A stretch of DNA of 64,000 bases from Fibrobacteria bacterium (GTDB lineage Bacteria; Fibrobacterota; Fibrobacteria; UBA11236). Position 1 is the first letter of the stretch, and each line of letters begins with the position of its first letter. The notes below the pieces were generated by a model. That model was given only the letters and a program-made list of their open reading frames with translations. It was not told where the DNA came from and ran no database searches. The position numbers were made by a program, and so were the translations under genes. The stretch covers positions 1 through 64,000 of the forward strand of contig JBGTHM010000037.1 of assembly GCA_041746255.1 (NCBI GenBank), read 5' to 3'. Positions 39,906-48,966 of this stretch are shown one piece after another.

Positions 39906-40949
39906 TTACAAGGGTTCTTGCATACTGCTGCAATGCATGGCGCCCTGTCCGTAGACCAGGGAGCGGCTATCGAGCGGAATTACACGTCGGTTGGGAAAGT
40001 ATCGCGCGAAAAGATCGAGAACCGTTTCGTCTTGAGCGTCCTGGAAAACCGGAACCAGGACCGCGCCGTTGAGGATGAGAAAATTAAGGTAAGTGGCCGG
40101 AGTGCGAATCCCCGCTTTGATTTGCTTCTCCGGCATGGGGATTTCCACCACCTCCAGGTCGAGCTGGGCCGCGTAGCGATGCAATCTCTCCGCATTGCGG
40201 CGCAGCGGCTCGTAATTCTCGTCGTCCTTGCGGGTTTCCACCGCGCAGAACAAAGTCTTTTCGTCGACGAAGCGCGCCAGATCGTCGACATGCCCGTCGG
40301 TGTCGTCGCCGTCGATGCCGGCTTCCAACCACAAGATTCGGTCAGCTCCCAGGTAGGCCGAGAGAAGCTCCTCGATTCCCTTGCGGTCAAAACCCGGATT
40401 GCGATTGGGATTGAGCAGGCATTGTTCGGTAGTCACCAGCAAACCGCGACCGTTTACGTCGATTGAGCCGCCCTCGAGCACGAAATCGACTTTCAGGCAG
40501 GGTCGATTACGGGTAGCGGCCATGAAACGGGGTACTTGGTCGTCCCGATCCCAAGGCGGATACTTGCCTCCCCAGGAGTTGAAGGTGAAATCCAGGCTGA
40601 CCCATTGGTCGGGCCCCGAAGCTCGCGAGGCTTTTACCGTCAAGGCCCCGTAATCGCGAATCCAACTGTCATTGGTGGGGCATACGAGAATCTCCAATCG
40701 ATTAGGCCCGCTCTTGATACGCCCGGAAAGCTCGTCGCGTTTTTCGGGCGTGTCGCATAAAACCACCACGTTTTGTTGTTGTAAAATCAGCGCAATCAGC
40801 GAGGCATAGGTTTCCTGTACATCCGCGCTTACCGGAGCCCAGGTTTCCTGGTTTTGTGGCCAGGTCAACCAAATAGCCTCCTGCCGCTCCCACTCGGCGG
40901 GAAGACGCATCCGGGTATATGGGGCGGGCAGTGCGAGGCGCTTGCTCAT
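39906..40949 (-). CDS. aguA: Agmatine deiminase
   Basis: RLPAEWE, DSWIRDYG, FNSWGGKY, LEGGSI, DTDGHVD, GAMHC. Confidence 0.92.
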   Translation of the reverse strand: MSKRLALPAPYTRMRLPAEWERQEAIWLTWPQNQETWAPVSADVQETYASLIALILQQQNVVVLCDTPEKRDELSGRIKSGPNRLEILVCPTNDSWIRDYGALTVKASRASGPDQWVSLDFTFNSWGGKYPPWDRDDQVPRFMAATRNRPCLKVDFVLEGGSIDVNGRGLLVTTEQCLLNPNRNPGFDRKGIEELLSAYLGADRILWLEAGIDGDDTDGHVDDLARFVDEKTLFCAVETRKDDENYEPLRRNAERLHRYAAQLDLEVVEIPMPEKQIKAGIRTPATYLNFLILNGAVLVPVFQDAQDETVLDLFARYFPNRRVIPLDSRSLVYGQGAMHCSSMQEPL

Positions 40950-41866
40950 ACCAGAAATCTCCGGAGTAGGCCGTCATATCCGTCGATACGGCGGTCACGC
41001 AGAAACGGCCAGGTCCGGCGCGTGGTTTCGATGTCGTCGATAGGACAATCCACCACGAGTATGGCTTCTTCGTCGGCGCCCAATCTGCCGATGATTTCTC
41101 CTCCGGGATCGCATACCATCGAATTGCCCCAAAATTGCAAATGGCCCTCGCGGCCTACGCGGTTCACCGCCGTAACATAAACACCGTTGGCAATGGCATG
41201 GCTGCGATGCATGGTCACCCAGGCATCCAGTTGCTTATCATGAAGCGCTTGTCTTTCCTCCGGTTGCAAGGCTTGGGTTTCTTCGGCATCCCAACCGATA
41301 GCGGTGGGATAGCATAAAACCTCTGCGCCTTGCATGGCGGTCAGGCGCGCGCCTTCGGGAAACCATTGATCCCAACAGATCAGCACGCCGACGTTTCCCC
41401 GGCTGGTGGCGAAATTCTTGAAACCCAAATCTCCCGGGGTGAAATAATATTTTTCGTAAAACCCGGGGTCGTCCGGAATATGCATTTTACGGTAAACCCC
41501 GGCGAGTTTCCCATCGGCTTCGTAAACGGCGGCGGAGTTGTGGTATAGGCCCGGCGCACGCTTTTCAAAAAAGGGAGCCACCAGCACGACTTTATGCTCC
41601 CGGGCTTTGTCTGCCAGCTTCCGCATGGGTTCCGCTTCGAGTCCGTGCGCTAAGTCGAAATGTGCGCTATGCTCCTCGATGCAGAAATAATCGTGGAGCA
41701 TCAATTCGGGCAGCACAACCACTTGAGCGCCCTTTTCCGCGGCTTCGCCAATCATGGCAACAAGGCGCGTGAACTTTTCGGGGCGCAAGCAATTGCCGCT
41801 GATTTGCACCAATCCCAGGGTCATTCTCTTTCCCTTTTCCGCAACGCCACTTTTCTTCTCCGCCAT
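40946..41866 (-). CDS. aguB: N-carbamoylputrescine amidase (carbon-nitrogen hydrolase)
   Basis: LPEL, YRKMHIPDDPGFYEKYYFTPGD, ICWDQWFPE, YPTAIGW; coupled to aguA. Confidence 0.88.
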   Translation of the reverse strand: MAEKKSGVAEKGKRMTLGLVQISGNCLRPEKFTRLVAMIGEAAEKGAQVVVLPELMLHDYFCIEEHSAHFDLAHGLEAEPMRKLADKAREHKVVLVAPFFEKRAPGLYHNSAAVYEADGKLAGVYRKMHIPDDPGFYEKYYFTPGDLGFKNFATSRGNVGVLICWDQWFPEGARLTAMQGAEVLCYPTAIGWDAEETQALQPEERQALHDKQLDAWVTMHRSHAIANGVYVTAVNRVGREGHLQFWGNSMVCDPGGEIIGRLGADEEAILVVDCPIDDIETTRRTWPFLRDRRIDGYDGLLRRFLV

Positions 41867-41997
41867 GGGAAGGCCCTCTCTTTGCTACCGTTTCGCGCTA
41901 CAAAGGTACACATTTTCCGGGGCTGAAAAGCCCTGCCGCCGTCCGTCCCCGGCGCGAGAAAATTGCCCGCGGGCTCCTGCGCATGTATGTTTCAAGC

Positions 41998-43497
41998 ATG
42001 AATAAATACGCGAAACTTCTCGAATATTGCCAGGAAATATACGCCTTGCGCTCGGCCGCTGCGCTGTGCGGCTGGGATCAGGAAACCATGATGCCGACAA
42101 ACGGGGCCGAAGGTCGGGCCCGCACCCAGGAGGCTCTGTCGCGGGTTTTGCATCAAAGGCTTTGCGCGCCGCAATTGGGCGATTTTCTCGACGAGCTGGA
42201 GGCGCGCGAAACCGATGCGGAGCAAAAGGCTTTATTACGCGAGTTGCGGCGCGATCGGGACAAGGCGTTGAAAATTCCGGAGCGGTTGGCGGGTGATTTG
42301 GCGCGCACCTCCGCCATGGCCCAGCGCGCTTGGGTGGAGAGCAGGCCCAAGAACGACACGGCGGCTTTCAATCCTTGGCTGGAGAAAATCATGAGTCTCC
42401 GGCGGGAAGAGGCGGAAAGCCTGGGATATGTAGAAAGTCCCTATGATGCTTTGCTCGATACGTATGAACCCGGAGCCCGCGCCTCACGGCTGGAGAAGGT
42501 TCTCGGGGACTTGGAAGCCGAGCTCACGCCAATGGTTCGCGCTTTGAGTGAGAAATGCGAAGAGCTCGATCCCCGCCTTCCCACCGGGGCTTATGCATTG
42601 GAGGCACAGAAGAATTTCAATCGACTTTTATTGTCCGACATGGGTTTTTCCTTGGACTCGGGCCGCCTCGACGAATCGGCGCATCCTTTTACCGAAGGGA
42701 TTTTTCCTACCGACGTACGATTGACCACGCGTTATAGCGAGTCGGATGTGGCCAGTGCGCTTTTCACCACTTTGCATGAAGGCGGACACGGCCTGTATGA
42801 GCAAGGCTTTGCCCCGGAGCATTACGGCACTCCGCTTGCCGAGGCGGTTTCACTGGGTATCCATGAATCGCAGTCGCGTCTTTGGGAAAACCAAATCGGA
42901 CGCTCCAGAAGTTTTTGGGAACATTATTTTCCCGGGTTTCAAAAAGCCTTTCCGGAACGGGTCAAAGGCTTGCCTCTAAAAGATTTCCTGCGCGCCATTA
43001 ACCGGGTCAAGCCTTCGTTGATACGGGTGGAGTCCGACGAAGTGACGTATAACCTGCATATCGCTTTGCGTTTCCGGCTGGAGAAGGCTCTCTTTGAGGG
43101 GAGTTTACGTACTTCGGATCTCGAGGGCGCATGGAACGAAGCCATGTGGAAAACCCTGGGGGTCCGGGTGGACAAGGCCGCCAACGGTTATATGCAGGAT
43201 GTGCATTGGAGCGTGGGCTTGGTGGGTTATTTTCCCACCTATTCCTTAGGCAATATTTACGCGGCGCAATTCTACCGCCAAATGGAAAAGGATATCCCCG
43301 ACCTTGACGGGAAGATTAGGGCGGCTGATTTCACGCCCATTTTGACCTGGCTGCGGGAAAAAATCCACCGGCATGGCCGGCGTTTCAGCGGAGAGGAACT
43401 TCTCATCCAGGTTACGGGAGAGCCGGCCGACTCCCGCTATCTCGTGGAGTATTTGCGGACGAAATATGCGCGACTGTATGATTTGACCGATCTTTAA
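41998..43497 (+). CDS. Carboxypeptidase, peptidase family M32
   Basis: [47 protein letters not shown]. Confidence 0.96.
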   Translation: MNKYAKLLEYCQEIYALRSAAALCGWDQETMMPTNGAEGRARTQEALSRVLHQRLCAPQLGDFLDELEARETDAEQKALLRELRRDRDKALKIPERLAGDLARTSAMAQRAWVESRPKNDTAAFNPWLEKIMSLRREEAESLGYVESPYDALLDTYEPGARASRLEKVLGDLEAELTPMVRALSEKCEELDPRLPTGAYALEAQKNFNRLLLSDMGFSLDSGRLDESAHPFTEGIFPTDVRLTTRYSESDVASALFTTLHEGGHGLYEQGFAPEHYGTPLAEAVSLGIHESQSRLWENQIGRSRSFWEHYFPGFQKAFPERVKGLPLKDFLRAINRVKPSLIRVESDEVTYNLHIALRFRLEKALFEGSLRTSDLEGAWNEAMWKTLGVRVDKAANGYMQDVHWSVGLVGYFPTYSLGNIYAAQFYRQMEKDIPDLDGKIRAADFTPILTWLREKIHRHGRRFSGEELLIQVTGEPADSRYLVEYLRTKYARLYDLTDL

Positions 43498-43518
43498 CGT
43501 CGGGTATTTCCTGGGCAT

Positions 43519-43549
43519 AAAAAAGGCCCCGTCATTTCTGGCGGGGCCT
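43519..43549 (-). terminator. Intrinsic terminator between convergent genes
   Basis: AGGCCCCGTCA-TTTC-TGGCGGGGCCT stem with an A6 run at 43519-43524, which is a U-tract for the minus-strand sigma gene. Confidence 0.8.
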
Positions 43550-43593
43550 CGGTATTTTGGATCGGTATCTTAAGACACCGGTTAAGCGTGGCT

Positions 43594-44406
43594 TTAGTTG
43601 CTCAACGCCTGGAGATAGCCTTCATATTTCTCGCGAAGGACTTCCTTATTCTTGTTCTTGCGGATGCGACGCAGGGCCTGGTCGCGCAACTGACGTACCC
43701 GCTCATGAGAGATATTCAGGGTTTCACCCACTTCGCGCAGCGTTTGCGGCGCTTCGTGATTGATGCCGAATAAGCCTTTGATGACCTGGGCTTCACGCTC
43801 GGGCAATTCCGAGAGAAGATCCTTGGCCAAATGCTCCACGGCCTGAATTTCCGCTTCGGCTTCGGGATTTACGGCCTTCTCATCCGGCAAGACCTCTTGA
43901 TAAGTGGTCTTGGTGTCGGTTTTCAAAGGAGCGTCGAAGGAAATGCCGGCTTCGCCAAGTTGAATCAACTCGCGGATGTCATCGCTGAGCTCCTTACCCT
44001 TGGACTTTTCCTTCAGTGCCTTGCGAACGCGCAAATGCTGATTGGCGGGAAGGCGGATAAGCGAACCCTGCTCATTGATGGCACGGGTGATATAAGCCTT
44101 AATCCACCAAACGGCGTACGAAATAAACTTGAGGCCGCGGGAATGGTCGAAGCTCTCGATGGCTCGAATCAAGCCCATGGCGCCCTCGCTTACCAGGTCC
44201 GGCAGCGGAATGGGGCATCCCCGGTATTGCAGGGCGACTTTAAGTACGAAACGCATGTTGGCGCTGACCAGTTTTTCGCGGGCCGCACGATTTCCTTCAC
44301 GGCAAAGCTTGAAGAGCATATGCTCGTCTTTGCGGTCGATAGGACTGGTCTTGCGGATATCTTCCAGATAGCGCTTAAGAGTCTCGTCGTTGGTGTCGAA
44401 GGTCAT
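43594..44406 (-). CDS. Short RpoD/RpoS-type sigma70-family factor (no region 1.1)
   Basis: YLEDI, ANMRFV, DLVSEG..GLIRA, KFISYAVWWI, IRLP, TLREVG...SHERVRQ. Confidence 0.93.
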   Translation of the reverse strand: MTFDTNDETLKRYLEDIRKTSPIDRKDEHMLFKLCREGNRAAREKLVSANMRFVLKVALQYRGCPIPLPDLVSEGAMGLIRAIESFDHSRGLKFISYAVWWIKAYITRAINEQGSLIRLPANQHLRVRKALKEKSKGKELSDDIRELIQLGEAGISFDAPLKTDTKTTYQEVLPDEKAVNPEAEAEIQAVEHLAKDLLSELPEREAQVIKGLFGINHEAPQTLREVGETLNISHERVRQLRDQALRRIRKNKNKEVLREKYEGYLQALSN

Positions 44407-44440
44407 CTATTTTCCTTTTTGCGGGTTCGATTTTATAGTA

Positions 44441-44456
44441 AGCAAGAGTCATTCCA
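44441..44456 (-). promoter_or_regulatory. sigma54 promoter upstream of the sigma-factor gene
   Basis: Minus strand TGGAATGACTCTTGCT gives GG-N10-GC with TTGCT, about 35 bp upstream of ATG 44406. Confidence 0.72.
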
Positions 44457-44518
44457 TCAAGGGTTCCATCAATTTAAGCCGAAAAACGAAATACACATGA
44501 AGTTTTTTCCAATATAGT

Positions 44519-44668
44519 GTCATTCATTGTGACTGTATCGATAATAAGTCAATAAATATGACTTATAGACCCCTTAGACTCAAAGAACACCAATCTACTT
44601 TGTTTCATTCTTGCAAAATAGCAGTAAATGTTCGGTAACAAGCCCATTTGAATGTCATAAATAATGAC
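44519..44668. promoter_or_regulatory. Three GTCA-N7-TGAC palindromic boxes (candidate enhancer sites)
   Basis: GTCATTCATTGTGAC 44519-44533; GTCAATAAATATGAC 44548-44562; GTCATAAATAATGAC 44654-44668. Confidence 0.72.
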
Positions 44669-44730
44669 ATTTTGGGTTATTTGGGCTAATCGTCGCTCTA
44701 TAATAAAAGAAAAACCATTGGGAATAAGCC

Positions 44731-44758
44731 TCAAGATTTACTCCTGGAAGGTCGATAG
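44731..44758 (+). promoter_or_regulatory. Possible sigma28-type promoter of fliD
   Basis: TCAAG-N15-GTCGATAG resembles TAAAG...GCCGATAA, with a spacer one base longer than consensus. Confidence 0.4.
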
Positions 44759-44830
44759 AGAAGGAGGAGAGCCGGGTTTCCGGCCTCAAAATAAAAGCCG
44801 GGATTCCGGCTGATAGGCTGGACTAAGGAT

Positions 44831-46876
44831 ATGAGCAGTAATTTATCGGTAGGAGGGTTGGCATCGGGGCTGGATATCAACAGTATTATCGATGGCTTGG
44901 TCCAGATTGAGCGTCGCCGCGTCATGCGCGAAGAGGAAAAGAAAAAAGCCTATGAATTGAAGCAAAAAACCTTCAACGATTTGAAGACCCGCATAGCGGA
45001 TTTCAGCGCCAAGGCCAAGGCCATGGATGACGTAAAAGCCCTGAACGTACTCAAGACTTCCTCTTCCAACGACACCATTGCCCGCATCATCGGGGATAAA
45101 GACGCTGCTCCCGGTAATTACGACGTAAAAGTCCAGAAACTGGCCAGCTCACTCAAGGTGGCTTCGAAATCATACGCTTCCGATGTGACGGCCCTCGGTC
45201 TTTCCGGTTCTTTTCAAATTTCCGTTTCGGCGGAAGCCCTGAAAGCCGATCCTACCGTCACCTCCGTTGCGGTGGATATTGCGGCGGGGGATTCCTTGCG
45301 CGACGTGGCAGCCAAAATCAACCGGGCCAAGGGCACGGGCGCAACCGCTTCCATTGTGAACATGGGGAATAACGACTTCCGCCTTATGCTCTCCGGGACG
45401 GACGAAGGGACCAAGGGCTTCACCCTCACACCCACTTCGGGAACTACGATTGGCGCGGGTGGACTGGGAATCGTTTCTTCCGGCGAATCGGTACGGACCA
45501 GGTTTGATTTCAAGAACGCGGAAGGGGGGCCGGCTACTGCCGCGACCACTTTCGCCAACTTGTTCTCGGGCATTGGAGTCGGATCGGCCATTACCGACAA
45601 TGACTCCATTTCCTGGACCGCCACGGACGCCAACGGCGATCCTCAGGATGGCTCCTTCACGATTTCCAACGCGGCGACCATGACCTTGCAGGATTTGCTG
45701 GCGGCCGTAAAGGCTGAATTCGACGATGGAGGGGACAAGGTGGATGTCTCCCTGAATTCCTCCGGAGAAATCGTCGTATCCGATAAAACCGGGGGCACTA
45801 ACGATATTGTTCTTTCCTTCTCCTTTACGGATGCAGACGGCTCGGGCTCCTCCCTGACCATGGGCGCCGCCGAAAACAAGACCTCCTTTTCCAATACCGT
45901 GTCCGAAGGCCAAAAGGCTTTTTACATGATGAATGGATTGGCGGTTTCCTCCCAGGGAAACAAGGATAGCTCGCTCATACGCGGAACGACCTTCGAACTC
46001 TTGAAAGTCGATACGTCTGAAAGCGTGAAGCTCAGCATGCAACGCGATGAGGCGGGGGTCAAGCAAAAGGTACAGGATTTCCTGGATAGCTATAACGCCC
46101 TCATCAAGTTTTTAGACGAGCAGTCGAAAGTGACCGTGGAAGAAAAGAAGGAGGGGGGCGCTACCGAAACCGTGGTGAAAAAAGGCCCCTTCGCCGGCGA
46201 CAATACCATTCTCGGGCTCAAGAACCGCCTGCGCGATATCATTACGGGTTCCGTGAAGGAGTTGACGGAAAACAACTTGAGCAAATACAACAGCATGGCG
46301 AGCATCGGAATCACTTCCAACAAAGCGGACGGAACGCTCAGTATCAATAATGAAATGTTCGAAAAAGCCGTTGCCACCGACTTCGAAGGCTTGCGGCGCC
46401 TTTTCGTAACCGCGGGCTATTCCGATAACCCCCTGCATGAATTCGGTACGCAGTCCAAGGATACCAAGGCCGGAGTCTATGCCGTCGACGCGGGAGCCGA
46501 TACCATCGGCGGGGTGGCCGTGAATCGCCTGGGAGATCTGCTCCAATCCACGGCCGGAGCCACCAAGGGCCTTATGGTAAAGGCTCCCGCCGGCAGCGGA
46601 ACCGGAAACATGGTCTTCGTTCGCGGAATAGCCGGCCAACTCAGCCAGTTCTATACGCAAATCAACGACTTCGTTGACGGTACCTTGACCGCCACCAGCA
46701 AAGGTATCCAAAAGCGCATCGCCGACTCACGCGGGCAAATCGAAAAGCTGGAAGACCAGGTTTCGAGGTATAAAGACCGTCTTATCAAGCAATTCACGAA
46801 TCTGGAGCAGTCGATATCCAGGCTGCAATCGCAAAGCGCATCGTTTCAAAACCAAATGTCGGGATTAAGGAGATAA
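44831..46876 (+). CDS. fliD: Flagellar filament cap protein
   Basis: GGLASGLDINSII, SLRDVAAKIN, FLDSYN, SIGITS...GTLSIN, LIKQFTNLEQSISRLQSQ. Confidence 0.95.
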   Translation: MSSNLSVGGLASGLDINSIIDGLVQIERRRVMREEEKKKAYELKQKTFNDLKTRIADFSAKAKAMDDVKALNVLKTSSSNDTIARIIGDKDAAPGNYDVKVQKLASSLKVASKSYASDVTALGLSGSFQISVSAEALKADPTVTSVAVDIAAGDSLRDVAAKINRAKGTGATASIVNMGNNDFRLMLSGTDEGTKGFTLTPTSGTTIGAGGLGIVSSGESVRTRFDFKNAEGGPATAATTFANLFSGIGVGSAITDNDSISWTATDANGDPQDGSFTISNAATMTLQDLLAAVKAEFDDGGDKVDVSLNSSGEIVVSDKTGGTNDIVLSFSFTDADGSGSSLTMGAAENKTSFSNTVSEGQKAFYMMNGLAVSSQGNKDSSLIRGTTFELLKVDTSESVKLSMQRDEAGVKQKVQDFLDSYNALIKFLDEQSKVTVEEKKEGGATETVVKKGPFAGDNTILGLKNRLRDIITGSVKELTENNLSKYNSMASIGITSNKADGTLSINNEMFEKAVATDFEGLRRLFVTAGYSDNPLHEFGTQSKDTKAGVYAVDAGADTIGGVAVNRLGDLLQSTAGATKGLMVKAPAGSGTGNMVFVRGIAGQLSQFYTQINDFVDGTLTATSKGIQKRIADSRGQIEKLEDQVSRYKDRLIKQFTNLEQSISRLQSQSASFQNQMSGLRR

Positions 46877-46882
46877 AGCGGC

Positions 46883-47311
46883 ATGACCAGCACATCCTAT
46901 AAGAATTACAGGAAAGCCGATATTGGCACGGCGGACAGGGGCAAGTTGGTAATAATGGTATATGACCATTGCATCAATTGGCTGAAACGGGCCGAAGGGG
47001 AAGCCGCCGCTCAAAGTCATGGCGATTCGATTCGCTCCCTGCAAAAAGTCCAGGCGGGACTGACCGAGTTGATGTGCTCCTTGGATATGGAGGTCGGGGG
47101 CGCCATGGCCCGTGATCTTTTTTCCCTTTACGATTTCTACTCGCGCCATTTGACCCAGGCGGTGACCGACAAGTCCGTACAACCCATACGCGATGTGGAG
47201 GCCATGATGGTTACGCTTCGAGGCGCCTGGTTGGGAGCCATCGAAAACGTCCGCAAAGAGGGCGGAGTCAAGTTCCCGGAAAAGCCTGTCGGATTGTCCA
47301 TCGTCTCCTGA
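46883..47311 (+). CDS. fliS: Flagellin export chaperone
   Basis: Y....I.TAD.GKLVIMVYD, ELMCSLDMEVGG, LFSLYDF, LRGAW. Confidence 0.93.
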   Translation: MTSTSYKNYRKADIGTADRGKLVIMVYDHCINWLKRAEGEAAAQSHGDSIRSLQKVQAGLTELMCSLDMEVGGAMARDLFSLYDFYSRHLTQAVTDKSVQPIRDVEAMMVTLRGAWLGAIENVRKEGGVKFPEKPVGLSIVS

Positions 47312-47318
47312 GGAAAAA

Positions 47319-47744
47319 GTGAAAATGCAAACGCTCACGCAGCAAATCGTAAGTAACCTCGACGTTCTCTTCGGCCTGTACCAACTGGCCCTGGATTATG
47401 CCAAGAAGATAAGCCCGGAAGAGGAAGAGGAGGCGCTCAAGTGGATTGGCTATCGGGCGAAAATCCTGGACCGTACCGAGCATGTTTCGCGCGAGGCAGC
47501 CGCCATGCTGCGGGAATTCGACGCGCTCAGGAATGTTCCAGCCGCCGAGCGGGCTTTGGTGGAGGAGAAGCGCAACCTTATCCAGGACCTCTCCTTCAAA
47601 ATGAATCATGTGGACAACCTGCTGTTGCGCAACCTGCAAACCCGCTTGGCGGATGTACGCCAGGAACTTGCGGTTCAGAATCACCGCAAAGACGCCATCA
47701 AGGCCTATATTCGCGCGCCCGGCGTCACCTTCGCCGTATCCTGA
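47319..47744 (+). CDS. Helical protein in the fliT position (FliT/FlgN-like)
   Basis: All-helical 141 aa ending ...AIKAY; follows fliS with GAGGA upstream. Confidence 0.6.
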   Translation: MKMQTLTQQIVSNLDVLFGLYQLALDYAKKISPEEEEEALKWIGYRAKILDRTEHVSREAAAMLREFDALRNVPAAERALVEEKRNLIQDLSFKMNHVDNLLLRNLQTRLADVRQELAVQNHRKDAIKAYIRAPGVTFAVS

Positions 47745-48559
47745 TTTTGCGGCCCTTCGAGGGTACGGAACAGGCGGGCGAACTCCTCGACCGAGAGGTC
47801 TTCGGCCCGCACTTCCTCGGAAATGCCTTGCGATTTCAATCCTTCTATCACCTGGGGCTTGGGATAGAAGGGTAGCAGGGAGTTCACCAGTTTTTTCCGT
47901 TTTTGGGTGAAGCAACGTTCCACAAAAGGCAGGAATTCCGGTTCCAGGGCAAAGGGTGTTTCGCGCGGAAGGAGTTCCACGGTGGCCGAAATCACGTTGG
48001 GACGGGGGCGAAAGGCCTCGGGCGATATTTTCCGGAGTAACCGGGGTATGGCCAGGTTCTGAACGAACACGGAGAGAAAGCCAAAGGCCCGGTTATGGGG
48101 TTCGGAACAAATCCGCTGGGCCACTTCCAGTTGGACCATGATATATATGCCCTTGGTTTGCCGGATATGCGGAAGCACCTTGAAAAGGATGGGCGCGGCC
48201 CGGTTGTAAGGCAGGTTTCCCATCACCAGGGGTTTTACATCCCCCGCCAGCAATGTATCCCAGTCAACCCGGCTGGCATCGGCCTGCAATACCTCCAAGT
48301 CCGCCAAGTCCGCCTTGCCGCGTAAATGCTCCACCCATTTATCGTCGATTTCTATCGCGGTCATCTTTCCGCATCGCCGGATGATACGCCGGGTCAAAGC
48401 ACCCTGGCCGGGACCGATTTCGATAAGGGGGTCGGAAGGCGTACAAGGGATATCCTCGACGATTTGGCGGATGGTGCCCTCGTCTACCAGAAAATTCTGG
48501 CCGAAACGCCTGCGTTGCGCGCGATTATCTTCTCTGGGAGTTCCCGTATGGCGTTTCAT
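47705..48559 (-). CDS. rsmA: 16S rRNA m6,2A dimethyltransferase
   Basis: FGQNFL, EIGPGQGALT, GNLPYN, MVQLEVAQR, F.P.P.V.S, QKRKKL. Confidence 0.96.
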   Translation of the reverse strand: MKRHTGTPREDNRAQRRRFGQNFLVDEGTIRQIVEDIPCTPSDPLIEIGPGQGALTRRIIRRCGKMTAIEIDDKWVEHLRGKADLADLEVLQADASRVDWDTLLAGDVKPLVMGNLPYNRAAPILFKVLPHIRQTKGIYIMVQLEVAQRICSEPHNRAFGFLSVFVQNLAIPRLLRKISPEAFRPRPNVISATVELLPRETPFALEPEFLPFVERCFTQKRKKLVNSLLPFYPKPQVIEGLKSQGISEEVRAEDLSVEEFARLFRTLEGPQNQDTAKVTPGARI

Positions 48560-48966
48560 ACCCTTCCTTTTCCTCCCCGGTCTCCGCAGGCCGTGAGCGG
48601 GATGATTCACTCCGGTAGGGGACATCAGGCCCGCGCAACGATAGCAAATTAATCCCACTTTTTTTGCTTGAAGGCCGGCTTGAGCGCCATCCCATGGTTA
48701 TTAACTTAGTGTCGGGAAAAATCGAGGGGAGCAATCTTTTAAAAACGGGGGTTTCTCCCTGGGGACTTCCTCCGGCTTTTTCGTATAATATTTTCCCATA
48801 ACCCTTTCCGGCATTTCCCTATGCATGCAACACCGACCCGGAGCGGCATTCAAGGAGGTGTTGGGAATGCGAAAATGCGCAAACAAAGCAGACAGAACGT
48901 GATGGTATCGTATTCTTCGCTGAGCTGCCGCAAGACACCCCGGTCTTGTCGGGATTGATAGGGAAC

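Noticed and set aside
45170..46066. 298-aa antisense ORF
   Set aside because: Opposite fliD; explained by codon bias.
48808..48823. sigma54 promoter for sprA
   Set aside because: Spacing is GG-N11-GC, not the required N10.
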